A stretch of 62,363 nucleotides of DNA, filler included. It is 5 parts of 5 records of this genome, joined end to end, with 100 filler letters (N's around TTAATTAATTAA, not from the genome) between each part and the next. Parts side by side here need not be neighbours in the genome. Positions count along the whole stretch, not along the records: positions 1 to 24,136 come from SRR22947725_3731; 4 more parts are not named here. The stretch is one strand, 5' to 3'. Under the pieces are notes generated by a model. That model had not been told where the DNA came from, did no database searches, and worked only from the letters and a program-made list of their open reading frames with translations. This document shows positions 9,790 through 19,628 of this stretch, piece by piece. Numbering within the stretch: the stretch's first letter is position 1; every line of letters begins with the position of its first letter. Made by a program: the position numbers and the translations under genes.

Positions 9790-9924
9790 TTAAATAAAAT
9801 TAACAATCAGAATGAGAAGTAGCAATAAACTTGCAGCCCAAAATAATTGGTAAGCCTTATTCATCACCCCACGTATATCCCTGAGTTCTTTTAATATCTT
9901 TTCAACTTGTTCATCATTCATCAT
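9790..9924 (-). CDS. 44-aa small protein with C-terminal membrane anchor
   Basis: Hand translation MMNDEQVEKILKELRDIRGVMNKAYQLFWAASLLLLLILIVNFI; SD AAGGAG; fills the gap between co-directional genes. Confidence 0.65.
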   Translation of the reverse strand: MMNDEQVEKILKELRDIRGVMNKAYQLFWAASLLLLLILIVNFI

Positions 9925-9976
9925 GAGGCTCCTTTGAATTTATATATTTTAAAATGGATAGTATATATATTGAGTT

Positions 9977-10321
9977 TTAATAAGGGCAATTTTTACAGCC
10001 ATTATTGCAGCAATCGCCCTGCTTAATCAGATACCACTTACTAAATACATAGAGCCCATCGTTGATCGTATAGTCAACATTTTTAACAAGTTTTGTTTGG
10101 GTGCGGTGTGGCTCTACAAATTTTTGAAATTCTTCCATACCTTTATCTCTAACAAGAGAGTCAATTTTATGATTAATTGCCTCACCAAGACACGATGGAC
10201 AAAAACAGTCCTCCTCAGAAGGTGGGGCCATGATTGGCGGAAAGCTAATGCACCAGCAATTACCTGTTCCTGCTCCGCATCCAAATGGCTCATTACATTG
10301 GGAGCAATTTTTTGCAGTCAT
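9977..10321 (-). CDS. Cysteine-rich CWC-family protein fused to a DUF5522-like domain
   Basis: CSQC..FGC..CWC..CFCPSCL at the N-terminus; GDCCNNGCKNCPY at the C-terminus. Confidence 0.75.
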   Translation of the reverse strand: MTAKNCSQCNEPFGCGAGTGNCWCISFPPIMAPPSEEDCFCPSCLGEAINHKIDSLVRDKGMEEFQKFVEPHRTQTKLVKNVDYTINDGLYVFSKWYLIKQGDCCNNGCKNCPY

Positions 10322-10374
10322 AATCTCATGCGAATCAAAAACTTAATTTTGACATTGATTTTAGTGAAATGCAA

Positions 10375-11097
10375 TTAATTAAAAACCAGATCACACCAAT
10401 TATTAAATAAAGTTTGGGAAGCTTTATTATTTGAGGATAAATTCTTTGTAAATTCGTCTTGAAAACTGGCAAGGCCATCCTTGCCCAAAAGATTTTCAAG
10501 ACTGGATGGTATTCCTGGAATACACATCCAGCCTTCAAATGTATGGCCACAAACCTCAGGATGGAACTGACAAGAAAAAGCATTCTCAGAGACCTGCATA
10601 ATATGATTATAGCAATCACTAGAGGATGCCAATATAGTTGAGCCTTCAGGAGCCTTTGAGACCTCAACTAAATGAACGTTTACCCACTTATTTGAAAAAT
10701 TAAAATTCTTTAAAAGAGCATGACTCCTTCCCTCTATTGTTGGTTTAATTTCAAATAAACCAATCTCATGATTATCCGTTTTTTTTGCCTCACCGCCCAG
10801 AGCCTCAGCAAGAAGCTGATGCCCTAAACATATCCCAAGGAATGGCATTTCAAGATCTTCAACTGCATGACGGATAGCTTTCTTTTCTTCAATAAGCCAG
10901 GGATATTGATCTTCCTCCCAAACATTCATAGAGCCGCCCATCACCCAGAGACCATCAAAGTTATTTAATTCTGGAATTGACTCACCGGCATGGAGGTCAA
11001 TTTCCTCAAATATAATATTTCGACTCTTAGCAAAATCTCTAAAAATTCCTGGATTTTGAGAAGTCATATGTTTAAAAACAAGGATATTCTTTTTCAA
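10375..11097 (-). CDS. Class I glutamine amidotransferase-like protein
   Basis: GICLGHQ nucleophile elbow and QFHPE (Cys-His-Glu triad). Confidence 0.9.
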   Translation of the reverse strand: MKKNILVFKHMTSQNPGIFRDFAKSRNIIFEEIDLHAGESIPELNNFDGLWVMGGSMNVWEEDQYPWLIEEKKAIRHAVEDLEMPFLGICLGHQLLAEALGGEAKKTDNHEIGLFEIKPTIEGRSHALLKNFNFSNKWVNVHLVEVSKAPEGSTILASSSDCYNHIMQVSENAFSCQFHPEVCGHTFEGWMCIPGIPSSLENLLGKDGLASFQDEFTKNLSSNNKASQTLFNNWCDLVFN

Positions 11098-11212
11098 AAC
11101 AAATAATATTCAATATAAATAAAAGTATTGTAATTTATGAGAATTAAAACTATCGGTTATTATTTTGATAGCAAGATTTAAAAAAATTCAATCCTATTAT
11201 TCGTTATAACAA

Positions 11213-13804
11213 CTAAAAACTGTATTTGTATGATAACTCTGCACTTTCCAAAGAATTGTGGGAATCTATGTTGTAGCCTAACTTCAAATCTTTATACTTT
11301 AGGCCAAGATAACTAGACTTGACACTAGCGCTAGTATTCATATGATTTAGGTTAGTAGTAAAAACATGTTTTAATGAAAAGCCAAACCTTTCATCAAGAT
11401 CTTTTCTATAAGATAGACCGTAAACCAACTGCCTTCCTGTGGCCTTAAGTTCAATATTTTTATTTCTATAAGAAATATCTCCATTGGATTGTGCTAAATT
11501 AGACATTCTCATTGACATCTCGCCCCCATTAATTCTATCAGGCTGGCTAACTGAAAATGAAAGGTGATCATCCCCTGTAATATTTTTTTGACTTGCAACA
11601 AGAGCCAAGCTTGATGATCTGACATTATTGGCAGAGTCAATAAAGCTTAATTCAGGTTGATTCATATTAGTATTAGCTAAAGTCGCTATTCCTGTTAAAG
11701 TTAAGTTATCATTAAAATTACTTTGAGCTTTTAAGGCGCTAAAAACGGTATTTGATTTTGCGCCAATAGTTGAGAATGCATCACTTCCTTGAAGCCCTAG
11801 TAGATTGTCTTTTTCTTGGGTAATGCCTGACATTAGAGTAATACTTGTATCTGATAAATCACCATACTCTAGAGAGGCAATAATAGATTGCTGCGATCCA
11901 ATAAAACTATCAGAGTAATTGTTATATTTTACTGGGTTAGAGACTCCAATAATTAAACGTGCATTCTCAAGCCCATAATTTGCACTGAGGCTTAAACCGC
12001 CCTCCTCCGATTTTAGATATGATGTTTCGAAGTCTGATAAATCAACAGCTGAGTTTATACTGGATCCAAAAAAGCTTTGAACAGGAAGTGAGTTGGATCC
12101 GAAGCTTAAAGTCGTCTCAAGATTGTTAGTTTTTAATAGAGGAGATGCAGTCCCACTGAAACCTTCTTCTGTTAAATTATTATTACTTGTGGATACTGGT
12201 GAATCTAATTTTGATAACTCTGAAGATAAATCAATTAATGCTTCATAGTCATTTGTCAAATTGACCCTCGAAGCCATGTCATATTTAAATCCACCATTCA
12301 GTGCATCATAAGCGTAGCCAACTTCTCCCATTAAGCCCTGAGAAATTATATTTCCGAAAGAGGGGGATGTTGCAATATAGGATGAGGAAAGAGATGAACT
12401 CTCGCTAGACTGGATTGAGTCTCCAGTGTAGAGTGACATCGCTGGATTTGCACTAGAAGTTATTGGTTTGAGTGCGGCATAAAAGTCAGGTATGCCATGC
12501 CCCCAGGTTGAGTGATAGCCATGCTTAATTCCATTTCCATGGGTTGTGAAAGTAGTATTGCCCTCAGGCGTAAACCAACTATTATTTGCTGAAGCCAGAA
12601 GCCTGTCAGTTAGCTGCTCAGGGGTATGGTTTGGGAAGGCTTGAGACAGAAGAGCAATTCCACCTGAGATCATCGGTGCAGCCAGAGATGATCCAGATTT
12701 CTGAGTTGGATAGACATTTGTGCCGCTATTAATATATCCTCCAACGTTTAGCTGCCAGCCATCTGCAACGACGCAGTACTCTTTGGCAGTTCCACATTTA
12801 TTGCCCTTAAGACTAAATTCTGATTCACTTGCACTAGAAATATCATTCCCCGTAAAGTCAACCATGCCAACAGTAATCCAAGCTTCTGAAAGCTGAGAAT
12901 ATAACTCGGGCAGAGCTGCAACCGCACTTACATCAGACTCTCCTGTGTAGTTTCCAGATGCAAAAACAATAACTCCGTTATCTTGAAAATTATCCAGCGC
13001 AGTAATATAGGACTGAGTCGCAGTGATTGCCCCAGAACTTGAGGATCCCTCCATGAGAGCTGCAAACCCTTGATTATTGGTTAGGCTGTTATTGGATATA
13101 TAATTTTTTAGTTCGGTTATATTCCAAGTCGCATTTGCATTTGAGTCAGTACTATCGCCCATTCCCCAGCTATTATTTGAAGCGACAGCCTCATAACCTC
13201 GAGCCAAATCTAAATCAGCAGCAAAGTCATCCGTCTTATAGGTTCCACTCACATTCGGAATACTTGATAGAATCAAATCAGCATCTGGCGCAACACCGCT
13301 AATTAGATTTTGACCTGAGGTATCTCCATCACCAGTACCGTCTCCTGCAGCCATTGAAGCAACCGCCTGGCAGTGGTAATTGCTTGAATTTGCATCGCCA
13401 AATGTACTCTCCCCAGATCCGCCATCATCAAGATTATGAATAGTTTTGTTGAGGTAAACTTTATGACTGTCATCACAGTTAAAGTCTGCGATATGAATAA
13501 ACTGGCCAACGCCTGTTAAATTATTTGTACCATCTGAGAATGACTGCGCCTTATGAATATTCATTTGCTCATAGGGATGAACACTACTAGAACTTCCAGA
13601 ATAATCGACATTAGTCCACTGCGTTTCGGACTTAATTGAGTTTTGAGTTGAGGAGCTGCCTTCAGTAAATGAGGTACTTTTAGCTAAAGCATAATCAGCA
13701 GTTGAAATGCTGCTAACAGCGCTAGAACTTGATCCGCCACTACCCCCAATACAACCTATTAAAGAAAGAGACATTACTACAATAATTAGTTTTTTAAGAT
13801 TCAC
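11213..13804 (-). CDS. S8 subtilase-like lipoprotein with predicted C-terminal beta-barrel (autotransporter-like)
   Basis: Lipobox LIGC; SGVAPDA, NNSWG, VFASGN, GSSLAAPMISG; terminal YKYSF. Confidence 0.8.
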   Translation of the reverse strand: MNLKKLIIVVMSLSLIGCIGGSGGSSSSAVSSISTADYALAKSTSFTEGSSSTQNSIKSETQWTNVDYSGSSSSVHPYEQMNIHKAQSFSDGTNNLTGVGQFIHIADFNCDDSHKVYLNKTIHNLDDGGSGESTFGDANSSNYHCQAVASMAAGDGTGDGDTSGQNLISGVAPDADLILSSIPNVSGTYKTDDFAADLDLARGYEAVASNNSWGMGDSTDSNANATWNITELKNYISNNSLTNNQGFAALMEGSSSSGAITATQSYITALDNFQDNGVIVFASGNYTGESDVSAVAALPELYSQLSEAWITVGMVDFTGNDISSASESEFSLKGNKCGTAKEYCVVADGWQLNVGGYINSGTNVYPTQKSGSSLAAPMISGGIALLSQAFPNHTPEQLTDRLLASANNSWFTPEGNTTFTTHGNGIKHGYHSTWGHGIPDFYAALKPITSSANPAMSLYTGDSIQSSESSSLSSSYIATSPSFGNIISQGLMGEVGYAYDALNGGFKYDMASRVNLTNDYEALIDLSSELSKLDSPVSTSNNNLTEEGFSGTASPLLKTNNLETTLSFGSNSLPVQSFFGSSINSAVDLSDFETSYLKSEEGGLSLSANYGLENARLIIGVSNPVKYNNYSDSFIGSQQSIIASLEYGDLSDTSITLMSGITQEKDNLLGLQGSDAFSTIGAKSNTVFSALKAQSNFNDNLTLTGIATLANTNMNQPELSFIDSANNVRSSSLALVASQKNITGDDHLSFSVSQPDRINGGEMSMRMSNLAQSNGDISYRNKNIELKATGRQLVYGLSYRKDLDERFGFSLKHVFTTNLNHMNTSASVKSSYLGLKYKDLKLGYNIDSHNSLESAELSYKYSF

Positions 13805-13958
13805 TTATTAGCCAATTAAAGATTCAAAGTCAATATACCTTAATGATTCAATCCTAAATAGACATTATTTAATAAAGTGAAAGTTACTTTTTTGAGAAAT
13901 GTTAAGAGCAAATATAGGAATCAAACTATAATTTATTTATTTTTTGGTGAGTTAAATT

Positions 13959-14837
13959 ATGGCATTTAGAACAGTAGAGGCTATTCTTCCTCCGGACAAT
14001 CTTCATTTTGTTGGAGATGGATTTAGGGTTTATGGAATCTTGGGAAGAAGAGAGCCCTTAACAATGAAGCGCATGAGTCCTTTTCTTTTAATGGACTATG
14101 CTCCAGTTCACTATTTTCCGCCTAATAATGGCGCGCCTCTTGGTGTTGGCTCTCACCCTCATAGAGGGATTGAAACAGTGACGATAGCCTATAAAGGAAA
14201 AGTTGAACACAACGACAGCACTGGTGCAGGAGGAGTTATTGAAGAAGGCGGAATTCAGTGGATGACCTCTGGAAAAGGGATATTACATAAAGAGTATCAC
14301 GAAAAAAACTTTAGTAAAAAGGGGGGTGATATGCAGATGGTTCAGCTTTGGGTTAACCTTCCTGCTAAAGATAAAATGACAGAGCCCAAGTATCAAAATA
14401 TTGAAAACAATGATTTAGCTAAAGTTGATCTTGGTAATGAAATTGGATCCATTGAAATTATTGCTGGTGAGTTTGAGAAAAACAAAGGTCCCGCTTCATC
14501 TTTTACTCCATTAAGCTTGTTCAATGTCAAACTCAATAAAGGGAAAGGAACTAGCCTCAGTTTTAATGAAAGTCACAATACTGGACTTTTAATCATCAAA
14601 GGCAATGTCACCATTAATAATTCAGAAAAGGCGCCAACAAACCACTTTGTGCTTTTTGAAAATAAAGGTAAAGAATTTACAATCAAAGCTGAAGACGAGT
14701 CAGAAATACTGGTTCTTAGCGGTGAGCCTATTGATGAGCCGATAGCCTCTTATGGTCCATTTGTAATGAATACAAATGAAGAGATTAGGCAGACAATTGA
14801 TGACTTTAATAGTGGGAAATTTGGTTACTTAGACTAA
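13959..14837 (+). CDS. Pirin family protein
   Basis: HPHRGIETVT, QWMTSGKGILHKE, QLWVNLP, GPFVMN. Confidence 0.95.
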   Translation: MAFRTVEAILPPDNLHFVGDGFRVYGILGRREPLTMKRMSPFLLMDYAPVHYFPPNNGAPLGVGSHPHRGIETVTIAYKGKVEHNDSTGAGGVIEEGGIQWMTSGKGILHKEYHEKNFSKKGGDMQMVQLWVNLPAKDKMTEPKYQNIENNDLAKVDLGNEIGSIEIIAGEFEKNKGPASSFTPLSLFNVKLNKGKGTSLSFNESHNTGLLIIKGNVTINNSEKAPTNHFVLFENKGKEFTIKAEDESEILVLSGEPIDEPIASYGPFVMNTNEEIRQTIDDFNSGKFGYLD

Positions 14838-14851
14838 CTATTAAAAAAAAA

Positions 14852-16171
14852 TTAGCTCTCAACTGAAGCTTCTAGCTTTGGATATTTATAGCCTAAAGTC
14901 ACTCCCCTTGCAATTGAAAAGATAATGAGTGAAGCCCAAAGCCCATGATTGTCATATTTAGGTAATAGAAATGCCAATGCAATAAGATAGACGCAGAATG
15001 AAATAAACATCATATTGCGCATATCTGCTGTCCTCGTTGCACCAATAAAAATGCCATCCAGCATCCAGGCGGCTGCTCCAACAAGAGGCGCAAGAACCAT
15101 CCACGGTAAATATTCATAACTAACTAACCTGACGTCCTCAGCAGTCGTCATAACATTAATAATACTGCTCCCGAAAACATAAAATGCAATCGCCATGACA
15201 ACAACTGAGCCAAAGCCCCACTGACTTGTCATAACCGCTGACCTTCGAAACAATAATCTATTTCTAGAACCAAGTGCCTGCCCAACCAGAGCCTCTGCGG
15301 CAAAGGCAAAACCGTCCATCGCGTATGCGGTAATATTTAAGAACTGCATCAGCACCTGGTTAGCAGCCAAAGTTGCATCATCAAAGCTCGAACCTAAAAA
15401 CAAAAAACTAACAAAACCGATCTCTAATAGAACAGATCGAATGAGAATGTCACTATTCACTCTGGCCATTTGAACTAGCCTTGTACGGTCGAATATCTGA
15501 ACCCAGTTCTTCCAATAGCCATTGTTAAAACCTTCTCTTGCAAGCCACAAGCCATAAAAAAGTCCAAGCCATTCAGCAATAAACGTTGCAAAAGCAACTC
15601 CTTCAACGCCCCATCCTAGCTTTAGAACAAAAATAAAATCTAAAGTAATATTGACACTATTAACTAACAACATAAGAAACAGAACTGCTTTTGTCCTCTC
15701 TTTAGCAATAAGCCAGCCAGTAATGCCAAAAATTGCGATTGCCGCTGGCGCACTAAAAACTCTAATTTTTAAATACTCATTTGCTAATCCTTCTACCTCT
15801 TGGGAGGCAGGCGCTAAACCGAGGGCACCACTGAATAGGGGAATTTGAATAAGAATTAACACGAGTCCTGCAACGAGACCAATAATAATTCCTCTGACTA
15901 AAAGCGCTGAAGTCTCTGAATGATTATTAGATCCAATAGCCTGAGCGGTCAGTCCTGTTGTACCCATCCTAAGGAAACCAAACATCCAATAAATAGCTGA
16001 AATGATAATAGCACCAATTCCAACAGCGCCAATTGGAGCAGCAAGTCCCATCTGACCAACCACTCCTGTGTCAACTGCTCCAAGAATTGGGATAGTCGCA
16101 TTCGCCAAAACAATGGGGATGGCAACGCCTAATACTCTTTTATGAGTAAGGTTAGATGAACTAGGATTCAT
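14852..16171 (-). CDS. MATE family efflux transporter (DinF-like)
   Basis: AIPIVLAN..VDTGVVG, FLRMGTTGLTAQA, LDGIFIGAT. Confidence 0.92.
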   Translation of the reverse strand: MNPSSSNLTHKRVLGVAIPIVLANATIPILGAVDTGVVGQMGLAAPIGAVGIGAIIISAIYWMFGFLRMGTTGLTAQAIGSNNHSETSALLVRGIIIGLVAGLVLILIQIPLFSGALGLAPASQEVEGLANEYLKIRVFSAPAAIAIFGITGWLIAKERTKAVLFLMLLVNSVNITLDFIFVLKLGWGVEGVAFATFIAEWLGLFYGLWLAREGFNNGYWKNWVQIFDRTRLVQMARVNSDILIRSVLLEIGFVSFLFLGSSFDDATLAANQVLMQFLNITAYAMDGFAFAAEALVGQALGSRNRLLFRRSAVMTSQWGFGSVVVMAIAFYVFGSSIINVMTTAEDVRLVSYEYLPWMVLAPLVGAAAWMLDGIFIGATRTADMRNMMFISFCVYLIALAFLLPKYDNHGLWASLIIFSIARGVTLGYKYPKLEASVES

Positions 16172-16188
16172 TGGTATAAGTAGAAATT

Positions 16189-16530
16189 CTAGCTAGACAG
16201 GGTACGATTGAAAATTTTGAATCGCCAATAAAGAATAAAGGCAAGAAAAGCATACAAAATCTTAGCTAGGGTGAAGATGATTGGAAGACTAACAAGCTTA
16301 GAAAGCCAGCCGTAGCCTTTGGTGTTACTCCAAACATAGATAAATGCGTCAACGCCTTTGATTTCAGTTCCATCTGGAAACTCTACATAAAGAGCTCTGA
16401 GGTATTTATCACCCTTTTGACTGCAGTTCTCATACTCAAGCTGTGATCGCTTTTTATAGTGCTTTATTTCAAAGTTACAAATACTGCATTCTTCGTTAAA
16501 TAAAACCTTTCCCTCTGACTCATTTTTCAT
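16189..16530 (-). CDS. DCC1-like thiol-disulfide oxidoreductase (DUF393)
   Basis: VLFNEECSIC (CxxC) and GVDAFIYVW. Confidence 0.75.
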   Translation of the reverse strand: MKNESEGKVLFNEECSICNFEIKHYKKRSQLEYENCSQKGDKYLRALYVEFPDGTEIKGVDAFIYVWSNTKGYGWLSKLVSLPIIFTLAKILYAFLAFILYWRFKIFNRTLSS

Positions 16531-16579
16531 AGTGCCATATTATATATGACTCAAACCCATACTAGTTATATTGACACAC

Positions 16580-16608
16580 TTGATTAACAATCCATTTTGA
16601 ACTATAAT
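16580..16608 (+). promoter_or_regulatory. Sigma70-like promoter
   Basis: TTGATT-17 nt-TATAAT; supports ATG 16636 rather than TTG 16597 as the start. Confidence 0.5.
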
Positions 16609-16635
16609 TCGTTATTTATCATAGCTTTATATATT

Positions 16636-16881
16636 ATGGATTTTCATAACCAGAAAGACCTCTTTAATAGCCATAGACATCAGGCTATTAGAAACCTATT
16701 CATCGAAAAAAGAAAACGCCTAGGCTTGTCTCAAAATGAACTTGCCTTACAAATGAACACAGACTTAACTAACGTATCCCAAATGGAATCAAAATCTGGG
16801 GATTTAATATTTTCTGATATAAAGAGGTTTGCTGACGCGCTAAAAATCTCTATCAATGAACTAGAGAGTTTGTTTAAGTAG
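16636..16881 (+). CDS. Small XRE-family HTH protein
   Basis: RKRLGLSQNELA...VSQMES...FADALKIS. Confidence 0.8.
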   Translation: MDFHNQKDLFNSHRHQAIRNLFIEKRKRLGLSQNELALQMNTDLTNVSQMESKSGDLIFSDIKRFADALKISINELESLFK

Positions 16882-16992
16882 TATTCTTCATACCAACATA
16901 TTATTTATTACCAATGATTTAATCAAATTAGATTGACTAACTTTCAGCCTTATTAAGGTATAGTTTAATTATCAAAATAAAAAGTCCTTCAA

Positions 16993-17937
16993 TTGATAAA
17001 TAGACTACTCAACGAGCTCCAAGTAATTCAATTTTTTAATTTGCAAAGCCCTCAAACTAAGGCAATCATTTTAAATATTTCGTCTATCATTCTTTTTTCA
17101 ATCATGGTTATTTTTATTAGAAAAGCATCAGAAAGCTTACATATTCTTGAAGTTGTTTTTTTCAGAAACCTTTTGGCTTTAATTGTCATGCTGCCAATTA
17201 TAGAATCTATTGGCTTAGCCGCAATCAAAATGAATAACACTAGATTATTTTTTATGAGGGGCTTTGTTGGTGCTATTGGAATGATTGCAGGGTTTACCTG
17301 CTTAACGCTGATACCACTTGCCCAAGCTACTGCAATTAGCTTCTCTCAGCCCCTATTTATCACGATTGGAGCCACTATTTTCTTAGGGGAAGTCATTAAA
17401 GCTCGAAGAATTGCTGCGATTATTGTTGGAATTATTGGAATGCTCATCATTGTGCAGCCTGGGTTCAACACCCTCTCATTTGGGATAATGCTCGCAATAA
17501 TTTCAGCCTTAGCGTTATCAGTTAACGCTTTAATAGTGAAAAAACTTACCCTGACAGACACGCCGCATGCAATTATTATATGGATGGTAGTCATGCTTAT
17601 TCCAATTACTTTGATACCAGCTATCCCAGTTTGGGAGTGGCCCAGCTTAGAAGCTTGGCTATACTTATGGGGAATTGCAATTTTAGGAACACTTGCACAC
17701 TTCTCATGGACTAAATCCTATGCGTTAGCTGATATCACAAGCCTTGAGCCAATTGGATTCATTAAACTTCCAATTATGGCTCTATTAGGATGGATGATTT
17801 TTGCAGAAATTCCTGGTACCTGGACATGGGTTGGGGGACTAATCATATTCATGTCAACAATTTACATCAGTCATCGAGAAGCAAAATCTTCAAGATCAGT
17901 TAGACCGAATGATGGAGTTCAAGAACCAAAGCTTTAA
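16993..17937 (+). CDS. DMT/EamA family transporter
   Basis: EVVFFRN, PLAQATAISFSQPLF, FLGEVI; two-repeat multi-TM pattern. Confidence 0.9.
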   Translation: MINRLLNELQVIQFFNLQSPQTKAIILNISSIILFSIMVIFIRKASESLHILEVVFFRNLLALIVMLPIIESIGLAAIKMNNTRLFFMRGFVGAIGMIAGFTCLTLIPLAQATAISFSQPLFITIGATIFLGEVIKARRIAAIIVGIIGMLIIVQPGFNTLSFGIMLAIISALALSVNALIVKKLTLTDTPHAIIIWMVVMLIPITLIPAIPVWEWPSLEAWLYLWGIAILGTLAHFSWTKSYALADITSLEPIGFIKLPIMALLGWMIFAEIPGTWTWVGGLIIFMSTIYISHREAKSSRSVRPNDGVQEPKL

Positions 17938-17973
17938 ATAAAATTAATTTTTAACTACAAGATAAAAAAAATT

Positions 17974-19527
17974 ATGAATAAAATAAAACCAAAATTAAGC
18001 CTCTCTAAATCCCAATATACAAAGGGGTTGCAGTGCAAGAAAGCTTTATGGCTAAAAAAATATAATCCAGAAGTTTTAACGGCTCCTGATGACATAAAAA
18101 AAGCGATATTTGAGGCAGGAAATGAGGTTGGTGGTTTAGCCTGTGAGCTATTTCCAGGCGGAAAAGAAGTTCATTACACCAAAGATTATGAGCAGATGAT
18201 TAGGCAGACCAAAGAGTTCATGTCTGAGGGAGTAAAAGACATTTTTGAGGCAACCTTTCAGTACGATAACATTCTGGTCATGGTTGACGTCCTTCATCAG
18301 AATGATGACGGCAGCTATGAAATTTATGAGGTCAAGAGCTCCTCTTGGAACAATATAGAAAGCACAAGTGGGCAAAAGAAAAAGCTGGAAAACTATATTC
18401 AGGATGCATCCATTCAGTACTATGTTTTAAATGGGCTTGGACTTAAAATCAATGAAATCTTTATAACGCTTTTGAGTAAAAACTATATTAGAGATGAAAG
18501 TCTAGATCATGAACAACTTTTTCACCATGAAAGAGTGACTGAAAAAATTATCGAGCTTCAACCTAACATACCATCAACCCTAAAGGGCATGAGAGAAGTC
18601 ATTCAGGATACTGGAAGTGAACCAGCTATTGATATTGGACCTCATTGTAAATCACCTTACGAATGCGACGCCTATGATTATTGCTGGAAAACGCAAAGAG
18701 AAATCCCAGATTATTCAGTTTTTGATGTCTTCTCCCACTCCCCTAAAAAATCTCAAGAGTTATATAGGCAAGGCATCACTGCTGTAAAAGATATACCCAA
18801 TGATTTTGGTATGACAGAGCTCCAACAACTTAAGGTGGATGTCTGGAAAAATCAAAGCACCCATATTGAAAAAGAGAAGCTTAAAGAGTTTGTTGGTAGT
18901 ATGCATTTCCCAATATACTACTTTGATTTTGAAACTATCAGTCCGGCAGTACCTAAATACAAAGGGGAACATCCTTTCAATAAATTCCCCTTTCAGTACT
19001 CCCTGCACATTGAATATGAGGATGGAAAAGTGACCCATGAAAAGGTTTTAGAGAACCCTGACACAGATGGACGGGAGAATATTGCGAGAAAGATCACTGA
19101 GCACATACCCAAGGATTCTTGCGTAGTCGCCTTTAATAGTTCATTTGAAAAGGGTGTGATTAAACATTTATCAAGCCTCTTTCCTCAGTATGAGGCGCAC
19201 CTGAAAAACCTGCATGGTAACTTTGTTGACCTCTGGGACCCTTTTAAGAATAATATTTATGTTTCCCATAAAATGAATGGGCTAAACGGAATAAAAACAG
19301 TCTTACCTGCATTGGTTCCCGACTTTAAAGACGCTTACAAAGATTTAGATTTAGTAAAAAATGGCGGTGAGGCTATGTATATCTACAATATGCTTGGTGA
19401 AGAGGTTAGAAAAAAAGATAGCGATTCAGAGCTCATTACTAGATATAGATCCTCCCTTGAGGCATATTGTGAATTAGATACTTTAGGGATGGTTCAAATT
19501 GTTAAAAAACTTAGAGAATTAATTTAG
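17974..19527 (+). CDS. DUF2779-type protein: RecB/Cas4-like PD-(D/E)XK domain plus C-terminal RNase H-like domain
   Basis: LSKSQY..GLQCKKALWL, VDVL...EVKSS, HCKSPYECDAYDYC, YYFDFET, PFQYSLH, YCELDT. Confidence 0.8.
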   Translation: MNKIKPKLSLSKSQYTKGLQCKKALWLKKYNPEVLTAPDDIKKAIFEAGNEVGGLACELFPGGKEVHYTKDYEQMIRQTKEFMSEGVKDIFEATFQYDNILVMVDVLHQNDDGSYEIYEVKSSSWNNIESTSGQKKKLENYIQDASIQYYVLNGLGLKINEIFITLLSKNYIRDESLDHEQLFHHERVTEKIIELQPNIPSTLKGMREVIQDTGSEPAIDIGPHCKSPYECDAYDYCWKTQREIPDYSVFDVFSHSPKKSQELYRQGITAVKDIPNDFGMTELQQLKVDVWKNQSTHIEKEKLKEFVGSMHFPIYYFDFETISPAVPKYKGEHPFNKFPFQYSLHIEYEDGKVTHEKVLENPDTDGRENIARKITEHIPKDSCVVAFNSSFEKGVIKHLSSLFPQYEAHLKNLHGNFVDLWDPFKNNIYVSHKMNGLNGIKTVLPALVPDFKDAYKDLDLVKNGGEAMYIYNMLGEEVRKKDSDSELITRYRSSLEAYCELDTLGMVQIVKKLRELI

Positions 19528-19628
19528 CAGGCTATAATCAATTGCATTTTTAGTAAACTCAAAGTTTAAAAAGAATTTAGACAGGAGATGAGTTAATAGA
19601 TTTTTAATATGAAAATAGGAGACGTACA

